Positions 16,797 through 24,055 of a stretch of 60,487 nt of DNA are shown here, one piece after another. The DNA is taken from NCBI GenBank assembly GCA_947311585.1, contig CAMZLQ010000038.1, positions 1 to 60,487 of the forward strand, in the 5' to 3' direction. Source of the DNA: an uncultured Alcanivoracaceae bacterium. GTDB taxonomy: Bacteria; Pseudomonadota; Gammaproteobacteria; Xanthomonadales; Marinicellaceae. A program made the position numbers and the translations under genes. How positions within the stretch are numbered: the stretch's first letter is position 1; every line of letters begins with the position of its first letter. Below the pieces are notes generated by a model. It worked only from the letters and a program-made list of their open reading frames with translations. It was not told the origin of the DNA and made no database searches.

Positions 16797-17648
16797 TTAG
16801 AGCTGGTATACTAAACGAACTGTTTTTCTTAATTCTGTTTTTATTCCTGAATCCAACGGTGGTTTATAGCTCCACTGCCTCACTGCTTTTAATGCACTGT
16901 TATCAAAAATATGAGAGTTCTTTTTTGTCCTTAGCACCTTTGCACCAGTGACATTACCCATTGAGTTAATGGTAATTTCGACATCAACCCAACCCTCTAC
17001 CTTTTTGCGTGCTGCTCTTGAAGGGTAAACTGGTGCCACATTTTTTATTTTTTTCCATTTATAGGGTGCTGTAGAGACTTGCTTTTTTTGTGGTTCTTGT
17101 TTGGCAATTGTAATTGTGGTTGCTGCTTCGTTTCCTAGATTATTTTGTTCTACACGTTTTTGCTCTGCAATCTGCTCTTGAAGTTGTTTTTGTTGTTGAG
17201 CAGCAATTCGTTCTTGCTCTTCTTGCTGTATTCGAGCCAACCTTTGTGCTTCTCGTTCCTTTACGGCTAACTTTTCTGCTGCTAACCGTTCGGCTTCTCG
17301 TTTTTCAGATGCTAACCGCTCGACTTCTAATTTTTTAAGTTTTGCCAGTTGAGCTGCTTTCTTATTACGCTCATTATCTAACTTTTTTTGAATTTCAATC
17401 TTATTGGTTATTTGCTGACTTGTGGGTTTTTGAATGGTATTTTGAGTAGTAAATGACTCATCTCGATCAAAATCAAGTGAACGTCTATCCAACCCAAAGT
17501 CATCCTCTTTTTCAATTTGAACTTTTAACCTTGGATTGTCTTTGCGTTCAGGCAATGCGTCAGTCCATGAGGGCTTTTTCTTTGATTCTTGTGCATGCGT
17601 AGCAAATTGGAATACTAACAATGCACCTATTATTGTTTTATTTTTCAT
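16797..17648 (-). CDS. TonB C-terminal domain protein with cleavable signal peptide and long E/R/Q/A-rich coiled-coil
   Basis: 283 aa. N-terminus MKNKTIIGALLVFQFATHAQE looks like a signal peptide rather than a TonB anchor. Coiled-coil LEVERLASEKREAERLAAEKLAVKEREAQRLARIQQEEQ. TonB_C motif PVYPSRAARKKVEGWVDVEITINSMGNV...FDNSALKAVRQWSYKP. Confidence 0.7.
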   Translation of the reverse strand: MKNKTIIGALLVFQFATHAQESKKKPSWTDALPERKDNPRLKVQIEKEDDFGLDRRSLDFDRDESFTTQNTIQKPTSQQITNKIEIQKKLDNERNKKAAQLAKLKKLEVERLASEKREAERLAAEKLAVKEREAQRLARIQQEEQERIAAQQQKQLQEQIAEQKRVEQNNLGNEAATTITIAKQEPQKKQVSTAPYKWKKIKNVAPVYPSRAARKKVEGWVDVEITINSMGNVTGAKVLRTKKNSHIFDNSALKAVRQWSYKPPLDSGIKTELRKTVRLVYQL

Positions 17649-17828
17649 GATTCAAGTCATTATTTGGGGATTTAAAACTAAGTTTTTGAGTAATTATTGT
17701 TTTTATTTCACTATTCGCAGTGATTTTTAGTCTTATATGTCTATTAATTCTACTCTTTGTACAAATTATTTCAACTTATTAGTTAACATTTTTTTACATT
17801 TTACCCAAATCCCATTTTATTTACTTAA

Positions 17829-20084
17829 CTAATGGGTTAATTGCATAAACACCTTGGGCAGTTGTTCTGGTAATTTGTCAACATGATCAATAATGGTATA
17901 ATTGTTATTAAATATATCACTCACATAATTATCTGCATTCTTATCAAGCGTGATGCAATAACTAAATATGCCTTGAGACTTGAGCTCTTCCACACATTTT
18001 TTTGTGTCTTTAATAAGTGTTTGCGAGTCTTTTGCATCAATATCCGCAGGTTCACCATCGGTTAACACCAATAGCAACTTCTTTTCTGCTTGTTGTGCAC
18101 TCAGATAATGAGCAGCATGTCGCATAGCTGATCCCATGCGCGTGGAATAAGACGCTTGCATTTGGGCAATACGCGCTTTAACCGTTTCTCCGTATTGTTC
18201 ACTGAATCCCTTAATGTGCTGATAACGCACTTCACTTCGGGTATTTGAGTTAAATCCCGCAATAGCAAATTTATCTCCCAATTTATCTATTGTCCATGCC
18301 GTTATTGCCAAAGCTTCTTGTGACAGTTCCAATAGTGATTGGCCCGTTTCAACATTTATTTGATTTAATGACTCAGATGAATCAACCAACAACATCACCG
18401 CAATGTTACGAGAATCAGTAGTATTGCTGTAATTAATTCGCAAATCGGGCACTTGCCCATTTTTTAAGTCAATTAAGGAACGCAAGGCAATATCCATATC
18501 CAGTTCACTGCCCTCTTCTTGAAAGCGAATGCGCTTTTTGTTCTGGGGTTTTAGCATTTCTATTATGCGCTTTAATTTTTTTGCCAATTCATCGTGTTTT
18601 TGCATAAGTTGGTCAATCCTATGGGCATCACCTGATGGGTGCAATCTTTCATACACCGTTGTCCAATCCGGGCGATAGCTTTGGGAAATATAATCCCATT
18701 CATCATAAAAACGCGGTGGTAAACTGTCGGCTGTATCGATTATTCGTTCTTCATTTTGGTATTCATTGGGCACAATTTCATCGGCTTCATCGTATTCTTC
18801 GTAATGAAACCAAAAACACCGATTATCATCTCGGTAAGATACTTCGGTATTGTCAAAATAAATTTCAGGTAAACTATCGCTATCAAGGCGTGATTGGATG
18901 AAATATTGAGTACCCAGCTTTGCCATTTCTTGCGTCGATGAGGGTTTGTTATTAATGAGTTGGTTGAATTTTTTTCTAAATTGCTCGATTAGTTCGTCTT
19001 CGGGATTGAAATTTTTATCAATTAAAGCCCGTGATAAGCGTGTTGCTCGGTAGCGAATTGTTGAAACTTTCATGGCATCACATGCACCTTTTTCGGGATA
19101 GGTATGTAAGGCGAAAAAATATTTGGTTAAACCTGGATACTGACGCATAGCAAGCCGATCAACGCGCGCGTCTTCAAAGGCGGAAATTATTAATTGCATT
19201 TGCGGTGCGTAGTTATCTGCCATAAGTTTGCTTGACCATTTTCGATGCGCCATCAAATGTGCTAGCATAGTGCGGTAGCGATTGATGCCGCTGATGCCAT
19301 TTAACTCTTCATAGACATCTGGCACGGCTATCAAATCTTCTTCCAAATACGGCAAAGGCACCCGTATTTGGTCGAAACTGGTGGAAAATGCTGTCATCGG
19401 ATAATCACAATCCCACAGGCACTCTTTTGCCATTTTAAGTTTGTGTTCACTGTTTTTAAAACTGGTGCCTTGTCTTTCGCGATTTATAATGCTTTTGGCA
19501 TCGTGTGATTTCAGACTGAAATAGTCGATTTGTTGATCAGGTACATCGACATAATTGCGGGCACCGTAGTCAATAAAACTTCTCAAGCCTTTGATGCTTA
19601 GTTTGGAGATGAGTTGTGGCATGGCTTGTAATAATGGCACCATGCCTGAGGATTCATACAGTGAGTTATGCCCATGAATGACGGTTTGAGTTTTTTCGAC
19701 AAACTCATCCAATGCAATTAAATAGTGCTGTAAATCATCTTTGTTTTTTACGCGGCGGCACACTGTTTTTAAGGATTGTAAAAAAGGGATTAAGGCTTTT
19801 TTATTCGGGCTTCTTGCCAACCTGTAACTATAGTCGGTAATGATTTTGATTGAATCGGTACCCAATTGTTGGGCGACTTCTGGAATAATTTTCAGGTAAA
19901 CCAAAACAGGGTGTACACCTTGACCTATGGAACATAAAAAATTGGCACCATCCAAATAAGCAAATATGGCAATATCATTGAGGCATTTTTTTGCGTTTTT
20001 TAAACACGGTTCAAAGGCTTCAAGTGCATCAGGAAATTTACATTTAAAGCGTTGTTGGTATTTGTTTAATGACTCAGTTTCCAT
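17829..20084 (-). CDS. cbbO: RuBisCO activation protein CbbO (von Willebrand factor A domain)
   Basis: 751 aa. C-terminal VWA with MIDAS LLVDSSES. Start abuts the cbbQ stop (20084). Position in cbbM-cbbQ-cbbO. Confidence 0.85.
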   Translation of the reverse strand: METESLNKYQQRFKCKFPDALEAFEPCLKNAKKCLNDIAIFAYLDGANFLCSIGQGVHPVLVYLKIIPEVAQQLGTDSIKIITDYSYRLARSPNKKALIPFLQSLKTVCRRVKNKDDLQHYLIALDEFVEKTQTVIHGHNSLYESSGMVPLLQAMPQLISKLSIKGLRSFIDYGARNYVDVPDQQIDYFSLKSHDAKSIINRERQGTSFKNSEHKLKMAKECLWDCDYPMTAFSTSFDQIRVPLPYLEEDLIAVPDVYEELNGISGINRYRTMLAHLMAHRKWSSKLMADNYAPQMQLIISAFEDARVDRLAMRQYPGLTKYFFALHTYPEKGACDAMKVSTIRYRATRLSRALIDKNFNPEDELIEQFRKKFNQLINNKPSSTQEMAKLGTQYFIQSRLDSDSLPEIYFDNTEVSYRDDNRCFWFHYEEYDEADEIVPNEYQNEERIIDTADSLPPRFYDEWDYISQSYRPDWTTVYERLHPSGDAHRIDQLMQKHDELAKKLKRIIEMLKPQNKKRIRFQEEGSELDMDIALRSLIDLKNGQVPDLRINYSNTTDSRNIAVMLLVDSSESLNQINVETGQSLLELSQEALAITAWTIDKLGDKFAIAGFNSNTRSEVRYQHIKGFSEQYGETVKARIAQMQASYSTRMGSAMRHAAHYLSAQQAEKKLLLVLTDGEPADIDAKDSQTLIKDTKKCVEELKSQGIFSYCITLDKNADNYVSDIFNNNYTIIDHVDKLPEQLPKVFMQLTH

Positions 20085-20884
20085 CAGCCAAAGATAAGCT
20101 CAATGGCGTTGTCTAAACTTTCGCGTACATCTACATCATCGGTTATGGGGCGCACCATTGCCATTTTGCTGGCTTGGATTGGGGTGATACCTTGATTGAT
20201 GAGTTGCGCCGCATAAACTATTAAACGTGTCGAAATGCCTTCATCCAGCCCATGTCCTTTGAGCTTACGTGCCGCTTGCCCAACCTTAACCAGTTTATTA
20301 GCTACATCTGCTGTGACATTGGCTTCTTTTTGAATGATTTCAGATTCAATTTCAGCATCAGCATAATCAAAATCAAGTCCACAAAAGCGTTGTTTGGTGG
20401 ATTGTTTTAAGTCTTTCATCAAGCTTTGGTAACCAGGATTGTAGGAAATAACTAGTTGGAAATCGGCATGAGCCTTGATTAATTCGCCTTTTTTGTCCAA
20501 TGACAGTTCTCGTCGATGGTCAGTTAAGGAGTGAATTACCACCATGGTATCTTGGCGAGCTTCGACAATTTCATCCAAATAACAAATTGCACCGTATCTT
20601 GCCGCCATCGTTAAAGGCCCATCGACCCAACGGGTGCCATTGGTATCCAATAAAAATCGACCAACCAAGTCCGATGCAGTAATATCTTCGTTGCAAGAAA
20701 CGGTAATAATGGGTTTGCCTAGTTTCCATGCCATGTATTCAACAAAACGCGATTTACCACAGCCTGTTGGGCCTTTGACCATCACCGGTAATTTGGCATT
20801 ATATGCCGCATTGTACAATTCAACTTCGTTGCCAAGTTGCAGGTAATAAGGTTCTTTATCAATTTTGTATTGTTTAATATCCAT
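20084..20884 (-). CDS. cbbQ: RuBisCO activase CbbQ (MoxR-type AAA+ ATPase, CbbQ/NirQ/NorQ family)
   Basis: 266 aa. Walker A GPTGCGKS, Walker B CYLDEIVEA. Immediately downstream of cbbM. Confidence 0.9.
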   Translation of the reverse strand: MDIKQYKIDKEPYYLQLGNEVELYNAAYNAKLPVMVKGPTGCGKSRFVEYMAWKLGKPIITVSCNEDITASDLVGRFLLDTNGTRWVDGPLTMAARYGAICYLDEIVEARQDTMVVIHSLTDHRRELSLDKKGELIKAHADFQLVISYNPGYQSLMKDLKQSTKQRFCGLDFDYADAEIESEIIQKEANVTADVANKLVKVGQAARKLKGHGLDEGISTRLIVYAAQLINQGITPIQASKMAMVRPITDDVDVRESLDNAIELIFG

Positions 20885-20919
20885 GTTGTTTACTTCGTAT
20901 TATCTATTTCAACTATTCT

Positions 20920-20952
20920 AACAAAAAACCTCTACACATAGCAGAGGTTTTA
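20920..20952 (-). terminator. intra-operon hairpin/attenuator between cbbM and cbbQ
   Basis: The minus strand reads AACCTCT-GCTATGTGT-AGAGGTT followed by TTTTTGTT. It lies 24 nt after the cbbM stop and about 35 nt before the cbbQ start. Confidence 0.6.
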
Positions 20953-20975
20953 ACATTCTTACAACCAAAGTGGTT

Positions 20976-22355
20976 TTACTTATGAACACCAAGCTTTTCT
21001 CTCCAACCTGGATAGATGGTATCTGCATCGCCTGGGAAAGATTCAAATGCACGAGCAAATTCTTTGTGCTCTTTTGCGTACTCAATTGGATCGGCACCTT
21101 GTGTCCAACAATCAAATGCTTGAGACAATGATTTTGCACCCGCTGCTGGAGAGTCAATATGACCATATGCACCTCCACCTGCAGTATTAATCAAGTTACC
21201 ATGACCCAAATTTTCAAAGAAACCTGGTAATCTCAAAGCATTCATTCCACCTGAAATAATTGGAGTAGTTGGTTTCATACCCATCCATTTTTGATGATAA
21301 ACAGGACCTTGGCATTCATCACGTTCAATCATGTAAGCAATAATCCTATCGTCTTTACCGCCTTCCATTTTGCCGTAACCCATGGTACCTACATGGATTC
21401 CAGATGCACCCATCAAACGTGCCATTTTAGCTAAAATATAAGCGGTATATCCACGTTTAGATGAAGGCGATGTCACCGCACCATGACCTGCACGATGGTA
21501 ATGCAAATATTGCGAAGGGTATTGGCGACGAGCTGTTGTGACCATGCCAGGACCACCGACATAGCCATCAACTAAAAAGGCGACATGCGGAGCAAATTCA
21601 CCAAATGCCTCAAGTATAAAATCAGCACGATAACACATTTCGTGGTAATCATCAGCGGTAATATTAGCTGAGAAAAGTTTAGCTTCTCCTGTTTCGTCTT
21701 GGGCACGTTTCATGGAGTCCACAACCATTGGAATGACTTTTTTCATGGGACAGAATACTTGATTGCCTTGCGGTTCATCATTTTTAATGAAATCACCACC
21801 TAACCAAAATTGATAAGCCGCCTCTGCAAAGGGTTCGGGACGTAAACCTAGCTTAGGTTTGATTATGGTTCCTGCGATATAACCACCATTTTCAACAGGG
21901 CGGCCTAATATTTTCCATAAATGAGAAATATCAACCGCAGGCCCATCGTATAAATGTAATTTTGTTTCGGGTATCCAAAAATCAAACATTTGCAGATTTG
22001 CAACATCACCCATGCCTTGATTGTTACCAATAGCAAGAGTTAAAAAAGAAACAATCATCATTTTTCCATCTGTTCCATTTCTATCGAACAAATCAAAAGG
22101 ATAAGCCACTTTCATAATGCCTTCGACTTCATCAATTTCATAAACCATTGCATCTAAGTCTTTAGTGAAGTCATCGGTTGTTGAAACCTCTACATTTGTT
22201 CCAGTTGATGATTCTGCAGCAACGTGAGCTGCTGTTTCCAAGTAGCCATACCCGGTTGCAGGTGTCATTGTATACGCCACTAAAATATGGTTTTGACCCG
22301 CGATTAAATCTTCTTCTTTTAAAGTTAAATCTGCATATCGATTGGATTGGTCCAT
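20976..22355 (-). CDS. cbbM: ribulose-1,5-bisphosphate carboxylase/oxygenase, form II
   Basis: 459 aa. N-terminus [64 protein letters not shown] is near-collinear with Rhodospirillum rubrum CbbM. Active-site [22 protein letters not shown] 8 nt upstream. Confidence 0.97.
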   Translation of the reverse strand: MDQSNRYADLTLKEEDLIAGQNHILVAYTMTPATGYGYLETAAHVAAESSTGTNVEVSTTDDFTKDLDAMVYEIDEVEGIMKVAYPFDLFDRNGTDGKMMIVSFLTLAIGNNQGMGDVANLQMFDFWIPETKLHLYDGPAVDISHLWKILGRPVENGGYIAGTIIKPKLGLRPEPFAEAAYQFWLGGDFIKNDEPQGNQVFCPMKKVIPMVVDSMKRAQDETGEAKLFSANITADDYHEMCYRADFILEAFGEFAPHVAFLVDGYVGGPGMVTTARRQYPSQYLHYHRAGHGAVTSPSSKRGYTAYILAKMARLMGASGIHVGTMGYGKMEGGKDDRIIAYMIERDECQGPVYHQKWMGMKPTTPIISGGMNALRLPGFFENLGHGNLINTAGGGAYGHIDSPAAGAKSLSQAFDCWTQGADPIEYAKEHKEFARAFESFPGDADTIYPGWREKLGVHK

Positions 22356-22379
22356 GTGAATGTCCTCTTTAGATTAATA

Positions 22380-22400
22380 TTTAAGTTGACCCATCTTAAA
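22380..22400. promoter_or_regulatory. candidate CbbR (LysR-type) operator in the cbbM-cbbR divergent region
   Basis: Perfect inverted repeat TTTAAG-N9-CTTAAA. This fits the LysR T-N11-A dyad architecture and overlaps the cbbR -35. Confidence 0.45.
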
Positions 22401-22413
22401 CGATAGCTATAAT
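22386..22413 (+). promoter_or_regulatory. putative sigma-70 promoter of cbbR
   Basis: TTGACC (22386-22391), a 16-nt spacer, then TATAAT (22408-22413), 43 nt upstream of the cbbR ATG. Confidence 0.5.
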
Positions 22414-22456
22414 AAATAAAAGTCACGTTATTTTATGAAAATCATAAGAGTTATTT

Positions 22457-23356
22457 ATGAACATCACCTTAAGACAAATTAATATATTTGTAGAAGTTGC
22501 TAATCATTTAAGCATTACAAAAGCTGCTAATGCCTTATTTTTAACCCAACCCGCTGTTTCAATGCAAATCAAGCAGTTAGAAGATATGGTTGACTTACCA
22601 TTGCTAAATCACATTGGTAAAAAACTTTCACTAACCCAAGCCGGTGAAGAGTTTTTAAAATATTGCATTAGAATCCGCAATGAACTGTTTGAAGCCAAAG
22701 AACTGATGCAAGACTTCAAAGGCGTTAAACGTGGCACTTTAAATATTTGTGTCGCCAGCACACTGAGTCATTTTGCTGTGCAGACAATTAAAGAATTTTT
22801 AGCCAGCCACCCCCATTTAAAGATTCAATTTGAAGTTAACAATCGACACAACGTCTTAAAAAACTTAAAAAATTCTACCGCTGACATCGTTCTCATGGGC
22901 AAACCCCCTCTCGACCAAGATTTAGAGTTCAGTGTTATTAAAGAAAATCCCTTAATAGTCATTGCTCCTAAGGATCATATCTTAACCAATAAAAAGAATA
23001 TCAGTTTAAAAGAATTATGTAAACACACCTTTGTGATTCGTGAACAAGGCTCTGGCACACGCCTTGCTTTTCAATCTTTATTGGATGTCAACAACGTTAA
23101 ATTAAAAGAGCACATGACCATCAACAACAACGAATCCATTAAACTTTGTGTGGCAGCAGGTCTAGGACTTGGCGTCGTATCCATTCACACTGTTAGAGAA
23201 AACCTAAAAAATGGCGACATTGTCCAACTTGATGTTGACAAATTTCCTATTATCAAACAATGGTATATTGTCAATCGAAAATCCTACCACTTACCAGCTG
23301 TTGCTCAAGTTTTTAAGGATTTTGTTATTAATCAAATTTTATTTAGTGCGCATTAA
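22457..23356 (+). CDS. cbbR: LysR family transcriptional regulator CbbR
   Basis: 299 aa. N-terminal wHTH ITKAANALFLTQPAVSMQIKQLE. Divergent from cbbM, which is the canonical arrangement. Confidence 0.85.
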   Translation: MNITLRQINIFVEVANHLSITKAANALFLTQPAVSMQIKQLEDMVDLPLLNHIGKKLSLTQAGEEFLKYCIRIRNELFEAKELMQDFKGVKRGTLNICVASTLSHFAVQTIKEFLASHPHLKIQFEVNNRHNVLKNLKNSTADIVLMGKPPLDQDLEFSVIKENPLIVIAPKDHILTNKKNISLKELCKHTFVIREQGSGTRLAFQSLLDVNNVKLKEHMTINNNESIKLCVAAGLGLGVVSIHTVRENLKNGDIVQLDVDKFPIIKQWYIVNRKSYHLPAVAQVFKDFVINQILFSAH

Positions 23357-23412
23357 TGCTAGAATCAAAAAGTTTTTTATAACGAGCAGAGTTATCAAGA
23401 ACAGACTATACT

Positions 23413-23561
23413 ACCCAAATCCCGATGTAGAATCGCAATTAATAGTGCAAGTAATTGATGTGTTTAAGGAATCTACAAAAACTGAATCCACCTGATTGGT
23501 GATTTCTTAGGTACATTAAGGACTTGTGCTAGCATAGTGATTTCTATATCGGGATTTGGGT
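23413..23561. repeat. 149-bp intergenic element bounded by 20-bp near-perfect inverted repeats
   Basis: ACCCAAATCCCGATGTAGAA (23413-23432) against TTCTATATCGGGATTTGGGT (23542-23561). 19 of 20 positions are complementary, with a 109-nt interior. Confidence 0.7.
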
Positions 23562-23601
23562 CTTAATAAAACAACTATTCAAAAGGAGTAATACTAAACT
23601 A

Positions 23602-24048
23602 ATGAAAATTTTTTCCAATTTTATTTTTATCGCACTAGGTCTCATGATTTCAAGTGCATTAACTCATTACATGCAAATTCCTGCGCAAACCATTTTAATC
23701 GCAGCTCTTGTAATTTTTATACTATCGGTTATCTTATCCTTCATTACACATAATTCATCAAATATAAGTACCGCAAGTCAAAAAAAACCACAACCAAAAA
23801 AACACCAAAAACCCGCGCCAAAAAACAAAACTGTTGCAACAGGACCAACAGTCACTGGCAATGTAAAATGGTATAACAAAACCAAAGGTTTTGGTTTCAT
23901 CACGCAAGAGGATGGCTCAGATATTTTCGTTCACCAAAGTGCATTGGCATTTAAGGGCGGTACTTTAAAAGATGGGCAAGCGGTCACTATGCAAGTGGTT
24001 ATTGACGAGAAAAATCGCCCACAAGCCGAAAATGTAAAAAGAGCTTAG
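23602..24048 (+). CDS. membrane-anchored cold-shock domain (CSD) protein
   Basis: 148 aa. Two N-terminal hydrophobic helices, a K/P/Q-rich linker (QKKPQPKKHQKPAPKNK), then a CSD with RNP1 KGFGFI and RNP2 DIFVH. Confidence 0.8.
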   Translation: MKIFSNFIFIALGLMISSALTHYMQIPAQTILIAALVIFILSVILSFITHNSSNISTASQKKPQPKKHQKPAPKNKTVATGPTVTGNVKWYNKTKGFGFITQEDGSDIFVHQSALAFKGGTLKDGQAVTMQVVIDEKNRPQAENVKRA

Positions 24049-24055
24049 TTATAAT

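Noticed and set aside
17161-17340. Imperfect ~30-nt tandem repeats (GCTAACCG.TCG.CTTCT...), considered as a possible VNTR or regulatory repeat.
   Set aside because: They lie inside the TonB_C protein gene and simply encode its E/R/A/L heptad-like coiled-coil.
17802-17813. The 12-mer TACCCAAATCCC is shared between 17802-17813 and the left arm of the 23413 inverted repeat, raising the possibility of a dispersed REP or MITE family.
   Set aside because: A single shared 12-mer is expected by chance many times over in 2 x 60 kb of AT-rich DNA, and the flanks do not extend the match. A whole-genome search would be needed before calling it a repeat family.
17829-20884. MoxR-type AAA+ ATPase plus VWA protein pair, considered as a possible novel or defence-like two-gene system.
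   Set aside because: The pair sits immediately downstream of form II RuBisCO cbbM with divergent cbbR. This is the well-characterised CbbQ/CbbO RuBisCO activase arrangement.
23211-23495. 94-aa ORF spanning the cbbR 3' end and the left inverted-repeat arm.
   Set aside because: It overlaps cbbR out of frame, has a hydrophobic low-complexity translation and has no SD. The intergenic part is better explained by the inverted-repeat element.
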